DNA of 64,000 nt from Propionibacteriales bacterium (GTDB lineage Bacteria; Actinomycetota; Actinomycetes; Propionibacteriales; Nocardioidaceae). Shown here one piece after another: positions 12,015-21,456 of the stretch. The position numbers and the translations under genes are program-made. Location of the stretch: NCBI GenBank assembly GCA_038199935.1, contig JBBPYL010000121.1, forward strand, positions 22-64,021, written 5' to 3'. Each line of letters opens with the position of its first letter. The first letter of the stretch is position 1. The notes under the pieces are model-generated. The model saw only the letters and a program-made list of their open reading frames with translations, had not been told where the DNA came from and made no database searches.

Positions 12015-13565
12015 GTGACCAACCTGTCCTCCCTGCTGGAGAACTCCGCCCAGAAGCATCCCGAGCGCACCGCGATCGTGCTCGGTGAGACGCGGCTGAG
12101 CTACGGCCAGGTCGAGGGGGCGGCGAACCAGATCGCGAACCTGCTCCGCGAGCGGGGGATCACGCCCGGGGACAAGGTGGCGCTGACCTGCCCGAACCTG
12201 CCCTACTTCACGATGGCCTACTTCGGAATCCTGAAGGCCGGAGCCACCGTCGTCCCCCTCAACGTGCTGCTCAAGGCCCGCGAGATCGCCTACCACCTCG
12301 ACGACTCCGACGCGAAGACCTACCTGTGCTTCCAGGGCACCGAGGACCTGCCGATGGGCACCGAGGGCAAGGCCGGCTTCGACGCGACGCCCGGCTGCGA
12401 GCTGATGTTCGTGATCACCGCCGACCCCGCCGCCGAGTCGCCGCTGGAGGGCGTGGAGACCCTCGGTCGGGCGATGGCCACCCAGCCGCCGACTTTCTCC
12501 ACGGTGCAGACCGGCGACGACGACACCGCGGTCATCCTCTACACCTCCGGCACCACCGGCCAGCCCAAGGGTGCCGAGCTGCGGCACTCCAACATGATCT
12601 CCAACGCCACCCTGGGCGAGGAGCTCTTCGGCGCCAGCTCGGATGACCCGGACACCTTCTTGTGCGTGCTGCCGCTGTTCCACTCCTTCGGGCAGACCGT
12701 CGTGCAGAACGGAGCCTTCGCCTACGGCGGCACGATCGTGATGCTGCCCCGCTTCGAGGCCACGGCGGCGCTCGGCCTGATGCTGCGGGAGAAGGTGACC
12801 TACTTCGCCGGCGTGCCGACGATGTACTGGGGCCTGCTCGGTGCGCTCGAGGACGGGGTCGACGTCTCCTCGCTGGCCGCGAACCTGCGGGTCGCGGCGT
12901 CCGGGGGCTCTGCCCTCCCGGTCGAGGTGCACCGCAAGTTCCGGGAGAAGTTCGGGGTCACCATCCTCGAGGGCTACGGGCTCTCCGAGACGTCCCCGGT
13001 AGCGAGCTTCTCGGTCTTTGGCGAGGAGCCCCGGGTCGGGTCGATCGGGGTGCCGGTGCCGCGCACCGAGATGCGGCTCGTCGACCCGGAGTGGACGACG
13101 ATCGAGGGGGCCGACGAGGTCGGCGAGATCGCCATGAAGGGCCACCACATCATGAAGGGCTACTACAACCGGCCCGAGGCCACCGGCGAGGTCCTCCGGG
13201 ACGGCTGGTTCCGCTCCGGCGACCTGGGGCGACGCGACGAGGACGGTTTCTACTACATCGTGGACCGGGCCAAGGACATGATCATCCGGGGCGGCTTCAA
13301 CGTGTACCCCCGCGAGATCGAGGAGGTGCTGATGACCCACGAGGCGGTCTCGCTGGCCGCGGTCGTCGGCGTCCCCGACCAGCAGCACGGCGAGGAGATC
13401 ACGGCTTACGTCATCCTCGAGGACGGCTCCAGCACCACCGGTGAGGAGCTGGTCGCCTGGAGCAAGGAGCAGATGGCCGCCTACAAGTACCCCCGGTCGG
13501 TCCGGATCGTGGACTCGCTGCCGATGACCGCTACCGGGAAGATCCTCAAGCGTGAGCTCGTCTGA
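12015..13565 (+). CDS. Long-chain fatty acid--CoA ligase
   Basis: YTSGTTGQPKG, EGYGLSETSP, GWFRSGDLG, IVDRAKD, TATGKILKR. Confidence 0.93.
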   Translation: MTNLSSLLENSAQKHPERTAIVLGETRLSYGQVEGAANQIANLLRERGITPGDKVALTCPNLPYFTMAYFGILKAGATVVPLNVLLKAREIAYHLDDSDAKTYLCFQGTEDLPMGTEGKAGFDATPGCELMFVITADPAAESPLEGVETLGRAMATQPPTFSTVQTGDDDTAVILYTSGTTGQPKGAELRHSNMISNATLGEELFGASSDDPDTFLCVLPLFHSFGQTVVQNGAFAYGGTIVMLPRFEATAALGLMLREKVTYFAGVPTMYWGLLGALEDGVDVSSLAANLRVAASGGSALPVEVHRKFREKFGVTILEGYGLSETSPVASFSVFGEEPRVGSIGVPVPRTEMRLVDPEWTTIEGADEVGEIAMKGHHIMKGYYNRPEATGEVLRDGWFRSGDLGRRDEDGFYYIVDRAKDMIIRGGFNVYPREIEEVLMTHEAVSLAAVVGVPDQQHGEEITAYVILEDGSSTTGEELVAWSKEQMAAYKYPRSVRIVDSLPMTATGKILKRELV

Positions 13566-13639
13566 GCGGCGGAGGGTTCGGCGTACGTCGGTGTCTAGAC
13601 TGTGCGCGCACCCCTCCGTCCAGCCCCTAGGAGCCCTTC

Positions 13640-13894
13640 GTGGCCCGTGTCGTCGTCGACGTGATGCTCAAGCCCGAGATCCTCGATCCGCAGGGGAAGG
13701 CTGTGCACGGCGCCCTGCCGCGGCTCGGCTTCGCCGGTGTCAGCGAGGTCCGGCAGGGCAAGCGCTTCGAGGTGGTCCTCGAGGGTGACCTGACCTCCGC
13801 CCGCCTGGCCGAGGTGCACCGGATGGCCGAGACGCTGTTGTCCAACCCGGTGATCGAGGACTTCGAGGTGCACGTGGCCGAGGTCGAGGGGTGA
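13640..13894 (+). CDS. purS: FGAM synthase subunit PurS
   Basis: [24 protein letters not shown]. Confidence 0.97.
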   Translation: MARVVVDVMLKPEILDPQGKAVHGALPRLGFAGVSEVRQGKRFEVVLEGDLTSARLAEVHRMAETLLSNPVIEDFEVHVAEVEG

Positions 13895-14559
13895 GGGTCG
13901 GGGTCGTCACCTTCCCGGGCTCGCTCGACGACGGCGACGCCCGCCGGGCCGTCACGCTCGCGGGCGGCGAGGCCGTCGCCCTGTGGCACGGGGACCACGA
14001 CCTGGCCGGCGTGGACGCCGTGGTGCTGCCCGGCGGCTTCTCCTACGGCGACTACCTGCGTTGCGGGGCGATCTCCCGCTTCTCCCCGGTGATGAGCGAG
14101 GTCGTCGCCGCCGCCCACCGGGGGATGCCGGTGCTGGGCATCTGCAACGGCTTCCAGGTGCTCTGCGAGTCCCACCTGCTGCCCGGGGCCCTGATCCGAA
14201 ACGACCACCAGCGGTTCGTGTGCCGCGACCAGCGGCTGCGACTGGAGAGCACCCGGACGGCGTGGACCTCCGACTACGAACAGGACGCCGAGATCACCGT
14301 GGTGCTCAAGAACGGCGAAGGCTCCTACGTGGCCGACGAGGCGACGCTGGACCTGCTCGAGGCGGAGGGCCGCGTGGTCGCGCGCTACCTGGGCGAGAAC
14401 CCGAACGGCTCGCTGCGGGCCATCGCCGGCGTGACCAACGAGCGCGGCAACGTCGTCGGACTGATGCCGCACCCCGAGCACGCCGTGGAGGACCTGACCG
14501 GTCCCGGCACCGACGGGCTGGGCTGCTTCACCTCAGTGCTGGCCTCCGTCCTGACCTGA
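13891..14559 (+). CDS. purQ: FGAM synthase glutaminase subunit PurQ
   Basis: [36 protein letters not shown]. Confidence 0.97.
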   Translation: MRVGVVTFPGSLDDGDARRAVTLAGGEAVALWHGDHDLAGVDAVVLPGGFSYGDYLRCGAISRFSPVMSEVVAAAHRGMPVLGICNGFQVLCESHLLPGALIRNDHQRFVCRDQRLRLESTRTAWTSDYEQDAEITVVLKNGEGSYVADEATLDLLEAEGRVVARYLGENPNGSLRAIAGVTNERGNVVGLMPHPEHAVEDLTGPGTDGLGCFTSVLASVLT

Positions 14560-15795
14560 GGCACGACGCAGGTCCTGGCCTGAGGCACGACGCAGGTCCT
14601 GGCCGGAAGCACGACGCAGCGGGTCGGTCAGGACGCCGACCAGCCGCTCCAGCGGCCCCCGACGACGGGCCAGCCGGTAGAGCGCGCCCACGACCAGCAC
14701 GAGCGTGACGTGCCGGGCGAACGTGGCGACGTCGTCCTCGGGCCAGGCCGGCGGGATCCGCAGCACCACGTGCAGGGAGTAGAGGGTCAGCGTCATCGCC
14801 CCGGCCCCGAAGACGACCGCGAAGCTCCGTGGAGCCAGCCGGGCCACGAGCAGGCACCCGGCGATCACCGCGAGGGCGGTGCCGGTGGTGTGCAGCAGGT
14901 CGAACGGCGTCCCCGAGTGCGGAGCGTGCACCGCGAGCCACCACCAGCTTCCGGTGGGGGTGACCCCGTAGGTCCCGTGCTCGAGGGCGTCGGCCAGTCC
15001 GCCGGGCTCCTGGGGGCCGGTCAGCGTGCCGGCCAGCGAGGTGGTGACGCCGTCGGTGGCCAGCAGGGCCGCCGAGGCCGTCCACGCCGCGGTGGCGAGG
15101 ACCGCCCCGACCGCGCCGACGGCCAGGGCCACGCGGCCTCGCGTGAGCACGAGCCGGCCCAGCGCCATCCCGGCCAGGAGGTAGGCCAGCCAGACGAACG
15201 CCGGGTAGTAGCCGGTGAACAGCAGCTCCGAGCCCAGGTGGAGCGGAGCGCCCAGCCCCTCCAGCGTGGGGCTCGCGTAGCTCGGCTCCGGGAGCAGCGG
15301 GCGCAGCAGGTGCGAGAGGACCGGAGCGAGCGCGGCCCAGACCAGCGCCGCCGCCGCCAGGGACGGCGCTCCCAGACGCAGGAACGGCAGCCCGAGGAGG
15401 AAGAGCAGACCGTAGGAGGTCAGGATCACCGCGATCGTGGTGTCCAGGCTGCCCAGCAGCAGTCCGATCACGGCGATCAGCACGGCCCGGACGGCGAGGG
15501 CGGCCCGCGCCCCGCTCAACGGCAGTCCTCGAAGGGGGGTGGTGCCTCCGCTCATCAGCGACAGGCTGACCCCGGCCAATACGGCGAAGAGGGCCGAGGA
15601 GCGTCCGCCCGCGACAGCCTGGACCACGGTGACGCCGCCGTCGGGAGCCCGGGTCACGAGCGCGTGCGTGGCGATCATCCCGAGCAGGGCCAGACAGCGC
15701 GCCACGTCGAGCCCCACCAGACGACCCGGTGGCACCAGGGGAGCGGACCAGGGGGTACGAGGGTGCGCCCGCGAGCCCGGCGTCGTCCTCACCAT
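14533..15795 (-). CDS. DUF1624/DUF418-type membrane protein (heparan-alpha-glucosaminide N-acetyltransferase-like domain)
   Basis: [50 protein letters not shown]; start taken at ATG 15795. Confidence 0.82.
   Translation of the reverse strand: MVRTTPGSRAHPRTPWSAPLVPPGRLVGLDVARCLALLGMIATHALVTRAPDGGVTVVQAVAGGRSSALFAVLAGVSLSLMSGGTTPLRGLPLSGARAALAVRAVLIAVIGLLLGSLDTTIAVILTSYGLLFLLGLPFLRLGAPSLAAAALVWAALAPVLSHLLRPLLPEPSYASPTLEGLGAPLHLGSELLFTGYYPAFVWLAYLLAGMALGRLVLTRGRVALAVGAVGAVLATAAWTASAALLATDGVTTSLAGTLTGPQEPGGLADALEHGTYGVTPTGSWWWLAVHAPHSGTPFDLLHTTGTALAVIAGCLLVARLAPRSFAVVFGAGAMTLTLYSLHVVLRIPPAWPEDDVATFARHVTLVLVVGALYRLARRRGPLERLVGVLTDPLRRASGQDLRRASGQDLRRASGQDGGQH
14548..14619. repeat. 24-bp tandem repeat x3 (GTCCTG(A/G)CCTGAGGCACGACGCAG)
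   Basis: Units at 14548, 14572 and 14596 (the third has two more mismatches); encodes LRRASGQD x3 on the minus strand and spans the purQ stop. Confidence 0.9.
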
Positions 15796-15827
15796 CCCGG
15801 GCTCGCCCCTCGGGACAGCGTCGTCGC

Positions 15828-16895
15828 TCAGAATCGGATCCGGATCACCCGGTCGTCGTTGCCGACCGGCGAGCCGCGACCGTCGCGGTTGCTGGTGGTC
15901 AGCCACAGCGCCCCGTCGGGGGACAGCTCGACGGTACGGATGCGGCCGAAGCGGTTCTCGAAGAAGCGATGCTTGCGTCCCCGGTGCGGACCGGTCAGGT
16001 TCACGCACAGCAGCGCGCGACCGGCTAGAGCCCCGACCCAGGCCTTGCCGCGGGTGACGGCGACGCCGCTCGGCGAGCACCGCGAGGTCGGGCTCCAGGT
16101 GGCGAACGGGTCGTGGAAGCCCCCCGGTCCGTCGCCGCCCTCGACGCGCGGCCAGCCGTAGTTGTCGCCGCGGACGATCCGGTTGAGCTCGTCGGTGGTG
16201 TTCTCCCCGAACTCGGTGGCCCACAGCCGACCCCGGCGGTCGAAGCTGATGCCCTCGACGTTGCGGTGCCCGAAGGACCAGACCAGGTTGCCGAACGGGT
16301 TGTCGGCCGGAGCCCCGCCGTCCGGGGTCATCCGAAGGATCTTCCCGGCCAGGGAGCCGGTGTCCTGGGCCAGGTTGCTCTGGCGAGTGTCGCCGGTGGT
16401 GGCGAAGAGATGGCCCTCGGGCCCGAAGGCCAACCGGCCACCGTTGTGAGTCGAGGCGGTCGGGATGTCACCGAGCACTCGCTGCTGGCGCCGCAGGCGA
16501 CCGCCGACGTACCGCATCGCGACGATCCGGTTCTCCGAGGCGGCCGAGAGGTAGGCGTAGACCAGCCGGTCGCGGGCGAAGTCGGGGGAGCAGGCCAGGC
16601 CGAGCAGACCGCCCTCACCGGCGTCGTCGCGGACCCCGGACACGTGGCCGGCCCGGGTGCGGCCGCCGTGGCGGGAGACGCGGTACACGTCGCCGCTGAT
16701 CCTCTCGCCGACCAGGGCGTCCCCGTTCGGCAGGAAGGTGAGGCCCCAGGGCACCTCGAGCTTGCGGGTCAGCACCGTGGCCACCCGTGGCGCGGCGAGG
16801 GCGGGCGAGCCCGCGACGCCGACGCTGGCGAGGAGCAGCCCACCGGTACCGGCCGCTCCGGCCTTGAACAGCGTGCGTCGGTCCAGATCGGTCAT
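15828..16895 (-). CDS. PQQ-dependent sugar dehydrogenase (GSDH beta-propeller) with Tat signal
   Basis: DRRTLFK Tat motif; PWGL-FLP, GEGGLLG, HNGGRLAFGP, GKILR, GHRN, DELN, NYGWP, GRIR. Confidence 0.9.
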   Translation of the reverse strand: MTDLDRRTLFKAGAAGTGGLLLASVGVAGSPALAAPRVATVLTRKLEVPWGLTFLPNGDALVGERISGDVYRVSRHGGRTRAGHVSGVRDDAGEGGLLGLACSPDFARDRLVYAYLSAASENRIVAMRYVGGRLRRQQRVLGDIPTASTHNGGRLAFGPEGHLFATTGDTRQSNLAQDTGSLAGKILRMTPDGGAPADNPFGNLVWSFGHRNVEGISFDRRGRLWATEFGENTTDELNRIVRGDNYGWPRVEGGDGPGGFHDPFATWSPTSRCSPSGVAVTRGKAWVGALAGRALLCVNLTGPHRGRKHRFFENRFGRIRTVELSPDGALWLTTSNRDGRGSPVGNDDRVIRIRF

Positions 16896-17086
16896 GGCGT
16901 CCTCCCGAGGTGTGGCGACGTATCTCGCGTCGCTCGTCCAGGGGTCCAGTAAACCCCGCCCGCCTAGTACATTGAGCCCGCCCGCGCAGCACCGGGCCAC
17001 CCGACCTGCCCCCGGCCACCCGACCTGACCCCGGCCCCGCTCCGTCATCCGTCCGCGCCCCCCATCCGAACCGGAGTCCCACCCAG

Positions 17087-19369
17087 GTGACCGACCCCCA
17101 CACCGGCCTCGACACCGTCGAGGTGGCCGCCTCCACCCCCGACCGCGACCAGCCCTGGGCCGACCTGGGTCTGAAGTCCGACGAGTACGCCGAGATCCGC
17201 ACCATCCTCGGGCGTCGGCCGACCTCCTCGGAGCTGGCGATGTACTCGGTGATGTGGAGCGAGCACTGCTCGTACAAATCCTCCAAGGTGCACCTGCGCC
17301 AGTTCGGCGAGACGATGACCGAGGCGATGCGCGAGTCGCTGATGGTCGGCATCGGGGAGAACGCCGGCGTCGTGGACGTGGGCGAGGGGTACGCCGTCAC
17401 CTTCAAGATCGAGTCGCACAACCACCCCTCGTACGTCGAGCCCTACCAGGGGGCGGCCACCGGGGTGGGCGGCATCGTGCGCGACATCCTGGCCATGGGC
17501 GCCCGGCCGGTCGCGGTGATGGACCCGCTGCGGTTCGGTCCCCTCGACGCCGCCGACACGCATCGGGTGCTGCCCGGGATCGTCGCCGGGGTCGGTGGCT
17601 ACGGCAACTGCCTGGGCCTGCCCAACATCGGTGGCGAGGCGGTCTTCGACGCGACCTACGCGGGGAACCCCCTGGTCAACGCCCTGTGCGTCGGAGTGAT
17701 GCGTCACGAGCAGATCCACCTGGCCAAGGCCTCCGGGTCGGGCAACCAGGTCATCCTCTACGGCGCTCGGACCGGGGGCGACGGGATCGGCGGCGTCTCG
17801 GTGCTGGCCTCGGAGAACTTCGCCTCCGGTGGGCCGGCCAAGCGCCCGGCCGTGCAGGTGGGGGACCCCTTCATGGAGAAGCTCCTCATCGAATGCACGC
17901 TGGAGATCTTCGCCGAGGAGCTCGTGGTCGGCATCCAGGACCTCGGCGGGGCCGGGCTCTCCTGCGCCACCTCCGAGCTGGCCTCCGCGGGCGACGGGGG
18001 GATGCGCGTGTGGCTGGACCGGGTGCCGCTGCGGGACTCCTCGCTGGCTCCGGAGGAGATCTTGATGAGTGAGTCTCAGGAACGGATGATGGCCTGCGTC
18101 GAGCCGCAGCACGTCGTCCGCTTCCTGGAGATCTGCGCCCGCTGGGACGTGGACGCGACCGTGGTCGGCGAGGTCGACGACTCCGGCCGGCTGACTATCG
18201 AGTGGCAGGGCGAGACCGTGGTTGACGTGCCGCCGCGGTCGGTCGCGCACGACGGTCCGACGTACGAGCGACCGCTGAGCCGACCCGAGAGCCAGGACCT
18301 GCTCCAGGCCGACGTGGCCGAGCTGCTGGAGCGACCGAGTACGGGGCCGGAGCTGCGGGACACGCTGCTTCGCCTGGTGGCCAGCCCGAACCTGTGCGAC
18401 AAGTCCTGGATCACCGACCAGTACGACCGCTACGTCCAGGGCAACACCGTGCTGGCGCAGCCCGAGGACTCCGGGATGGTTCGCGTCGATGCGTCCTCGA
18501 ACCTCGGCGTCGCCGTCTCCACCGACTGCAACGGCCGCTTCGCCCAGCTCGACCCGCACGCCGGCGCCCAGCTCGCGTTGGCCGAGTCGTACCGCAACGT
18601 GGCCACCACCGGGGCCCGTCCCCTCGCGGTCAGCGACTGCCTCAACTTCGGCTCGCCCGAGGACCCGGCGGTGATGTGGCAGTTCGCCGAGACCACCCGG
18701 GGCCTGGCCGAGGGGTGCCTCGCGCTCGGCATTCCGGTGACCGGCGGCAACGTCAGCCTCTACAACCAGACCGGCGACCAGGCGATCCTGCCCACGCCGG
18801 TGGTGGCCGTGCTCGGAGTGATCGACGACGTGACCCGGCGTACCCCGTCCGGCTTCGTCGAGGAAGGCCAGCAGATCTACCTGCTCGGCACCACGCGCGA
18901 GGAGCTCTCCGGCTCGGAGTGGGCCCACGTCGTGCACGACCACCTCGGCGGTCTGCCGCCGGTGGTGGACCTGCCCGCGGAGCGCGAGCTCGCCGACATC
19001 GTCATCAACGCCTCACGCGACGGCCTGATCGACGCGGCCCACGACGTCGCCGACGGCGGGCTGGCCCAGACCCTGGTGGAGAGCTGCCTGCGTCACGACG
19101 TCGGGGCGCGGGTCTGGCTCCCCGACGAGCTGGATCCCTTCGTGGCGCTGTTCAGCGAGTCGACGGCGCGGATCGTGGTCGCCGTGCCCCGCTCGGAGGA
19201 GGTCCGCTTCACCGACATGTGCGGCGCCCGTGACTTCTCGCACGCCCGTATCGGCGTGACCGACGGTCAGGGCCAGGGCGCGGTGCTCGACGTCCAGGGC
19301 CAGTTCACGATCCCCCTGGCCGAGCTGCGCGAGGCCTGGTCGGCGACCCTTCCGGCCGCGCTGGCCTGA
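17087..19369 (+). CDS. purL: FGAM synthase subunit PurL
   Basis: [55 protein letters not shown]. Confidence 0.98.
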   Translation: MTDPHTGLDTVEVAASTPDRDQPWADLGLKSDEYAEIRTILGRRPTSSELAMYSVMWSEHCSYKSSKVHLRQFGETMTEAMRESLMVGIGENAGVVDVGEGYAVTFKIESHNHPSYVEPYQGAATGVGGIVRDILAMGARPVAVMDPLRFGPLDAADTHRVLPGIVAGVGGYGNCLGLPNIGGEAVFDATYAGNPLVNALCVGVMRHEQIHLAKASGSGNQVILYGARTGGDGIGGVSVLASENFASGGPAKRPAVQVGDPFMEKLLIECTLEIFAEELVVGIQDLGGAGLSCATSELASAGDGGMRVWLDRVPLRDSSLAPEEILMSESQERMMACVEPQHVVRFLEICARWDVDATVVGEVDDSGRLTIEWQGETVVDVPPRSVAHDGPTYERPLSRPESQDLLQADVAELLERPSTGPELRDTLLRLVASPNLCDKSWITDQYDRYVQGNTVLAQPEDSGMVRVDASSNLGVAVSTDCNGRFAQLDPHAGAQLALAESYRNVATTGARPLAVSDCLNFGSPEDPAVMWQFAETTRGLAEGCLALGIPVTGGNVSLYNQTGDQAILPTPVVAVLGVIDDVTRRTPSGFVEEGQQIYLLGTTREELSGSEWAHVVHDHLGGLPPVVDLPAERELADIVINASRDGLIDAAHDVADGGLAQTLVESCLRHDVGARVWLPDELDPFVALFSESTARIVVAVPRSEEVRFTDMCGARDFSHARIGVTDGQGQGAVLDVQGQFTIPLAELREAWSATLPAALA

Positions 19370-19403
19370 CCCCCGTGGTACCGGCCCCACCTCCAGCTTC
19401 CCC

Positions 19404-20780
19404 TCAGCGGGAGCCGCGGCGGAGGAGCTTCCAGACGGTGTCGGTGACGACTCCGGAGGTGCTGAGGCGGTGGTCTCGCTGGTAGCTGCGGACGGCGGTG
19501 GCCGTCTTGGCCTCGAACACCCCGGTCGTGGCCAGTCCCGCGGCGTCGGCCGCGTTCAGCGCCCGCTGGAGGCGGCGTACGGCGCGCGAGCCCGACCCGA
19601 GCTTGAGGACCGGGTCGCCCGAGCCGCGCACGACCAGCGAGGTCCACGCCGCCCGGGGGGAGAGCCGGCCGCGCGGGGCCAGGCCCGTGGAGCGCCGGTA
19701 GGCCCGCACCGCGGTCCGCGTCGTCTCGTCGAAGACGCCGCTGACCTCACCGTTGTGGAAGCCCTCGCGGGAGAGCAGGCACTGCGCCGCCTGGACGCGT
19801 CGGCCGCTGTCGCCGAGGGAGACCGGGGCGTAGTCGGTGAAGTCCACCCCGACGCCCCCGCAGAGCTTCAGGGCGGGCGGGGCGCTCGAGCCCTCCCCCA
19901 GGTCAAGCCAGTTGCTGTCGATGTTGATCCGGACGCCGCCCCACGTCTCGTCGTGGCCGCCGCGGTACTGGTGCACCCGCGAGTGCGGCATCCACGAGCC
20001 GCTGCGGATGTACGTCGAGCCGACGTCGGCTCGCCCGTTCCAGTCGGCGATCCAGACCTGGTCGGGCATCGTGTGGGCATCGGGCCGGGTGGCTCCGGCG
20101 TCGTCGAGCATCTTCAGCCCGGACGCGGCGCTGGAGTACACCCCGGACACGTAGTCCAGCTGGTGCAGGCGCTTGGTCCACGAGGACAGGAAGCTCAGGG
20201 CCGACTCGCGGCAGTCCCTGCCGGCGATGTTGAAGGCCTCCAGGTCGTACCAGAGCGTGCTTCCGCTCGACAGACCGAGCTGGGCCGCCCGGGCCACCGT
20301 CTTCTCCGCCTCGGCCCGACCCTGACGCCGCGCCTTGACGTAGCCCTTGCGGGCCGACGGGTTGATCCGGACCTGCTGGAGGTAGCGGTCGCGTGTGGTG
20401 CAGGAGGCCTGGGGGCCGAGCGTGATCGGCAGCAGCCGCCATCCCTTGCGCAGCTGGGTGGAGATCCAGGCCGGGGTGAGGTTGGGCTGGTCCCGGCAGG
20501 CGCGGGAGTCGCCGGAGATGTAGATGCCGACGGCCAGGAAGGGCGAGCTGCGCAGCCAGGCGTCCATCGCGGACTGGGTGGGGGCCAGGCACTGGTCGAA
20601 GCCGTAGCCGGTGAAGTTGCCGGGGGTGGCCACGGTGCGGGCCTGGGCTCCGGCGGTGACCCCACCGGAGAGCAGCGACGCGAGCACGGCCACGACGACG
20701 GCGACGGCCGTACGACGGACGGCCACCGAGCCAGAGCCGGCTGGCCGGCCGGGACGGGTGAGGGGCAGGACAGTCGGCAT
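19404..20780 (-). CDS. Secreted DUF1906 (Rv2525c-like) glycoside hydrolase with C-terminal peptidoglycan-binding domains
   Basis: Signal peptide; GFDQC-AP, VGIYISG, WYDLE, GVYSS, HQY-G, IDSN; two PG_binding-like repeats (V--AQ-LL...G-F---T--AV--YQ). Confidence 0.85.
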   Translation of the reverse strand: MPTVLPLTRPGRPAGSGSVAVRRTAVAVVVAVLASLLSGGVTAGAQARTVATPGNFTGYGFDQCLAPTQSAMDAWLRSSPFLAVGIYISGDSRACRDQPNLTPAWISTQLRKGWRLLPITLGPQASCTTRDRYLQQVRINPSARKGYVKARRQGRAEAEKTVARAAQLGLSSGSTLWYDLEAFNIAGRDCRESALSFLSSWTKRLHQLDYVSGVYSSAASGLKMLDDAGATRPDAHTMPDQVWIADWNGRADVGSTYIRSGSWMPHSRVHQYRGGHDETWGGVRINIDSNWLDLGEGSSAPPALKLCGGVGVDFTDYAPVSLGDSGRRVQAAQCLLSREGFHNGEVSGVFDETTRTAVRAYRRSTGLAPRGRLSPRAAWTSLVVRGSGDPVLKLGSGSRAVRRLQRALNAADAAGLATTGVFEAKTATAVRSYQRDHRLSTSGVVTDTVWKLLRRGSR

Positions 20781-20925
20781 GCGGATCTCCCAGACGTCGT
20801 ACGGACCGAGTCACTGTAGTCACAAATTCCCCACCGGTTACGTGAAAACGGGCGAAATGCGGCAAACTACAGACGTGTAATTCATCAGCGCTCGGGACCT
20901 GGACGCTCCAAGGCAGACTGGCCCC

Positions 20926-21285
20926 GTGCCCGTCCGCCTGTCTCCCGCCGACCCGAGCGTCGTCGTTCCCGCACTGGCCCGCTTCCGCGCCGGGGAGCGC
21001 GATCCGGTCGACCTGAGGCTCCTGACCAAGCACCTGCTCGCCCTGCTGGTCGGCCGAGCGCCGGGCGGTGCGGTCGAGGTGCGGGTCCCGCCGTACGCCG
21101 TCGCGCAGTGCCTGCAGGGCACCCGGCACACCCGGGGGACGCCGCCCGCCGTGGTCGAGACCGACCCGGCGACCTGGATTGCCCTCGCGGTGGGCGACCT
21201 GACCTGGTCCGACGCGCGTGACTCGGGGGCCGTCCGGGCCTCGGGCGAGCGCTCCGACCTGACCCCGCTGCTGCCGCTGACCTGA
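20926..21285 (+). CDS. Bacterial sterol-carrier (SCP) family protein
   Basis: PGGAVEVRVPPYAVAQC--G-RHTRGTPP-VVETD...ASG-RSDL; usually found near purL/purF. Confidence 0.88.
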   Translation: MPVRLSPADPSVVVPALARFRAGERDPVDLRLLTKHLLALLVGRAPGGAVEVRVPPYAVAQCLQGTRHTRGTPPAVVETDPATWIALAVGDLTWSDARDSGAVRASGERSDLTPLLPLT

Positions 21286-21309
21286 TCTGACCTGACCTGC
21301 TGACCCGTA

Positions 21310-21390
21310 TCCGAGTGGAAGTAGTAGTCCGAATTAACCGTTTAAGAGATTAAAAGGATGATTATGAGGCGATGTCAGGTTTTGTAACAC
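21310..21390 (+). promoter_or_regulatory. AT-rich upstream region of the GT2 gene with phased repeats (candidate BldC-type site)
   Basis: GTCCGAATT-AACCGTTTA-AGAGATTAA at 21327-21353, strongly AT-rich in a high-GC context. Confidence 0.4.
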
Positions 21391-21456
21391 CGATCGACCC
21401 ACGCTGGGGTAAGCCGTCCACGAGGTCGGCCCTCCTCGCGACGTTGACGGACCACC

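Noticed and set aside
20781-20925. Possible c-di-AMP (ydaO) riboswitch upstream of the cell-wall hydrolase
   Set aside because: Conserved ydaO elements are not visible, and the -10-like TACAGT lies too close to the start to leave room.
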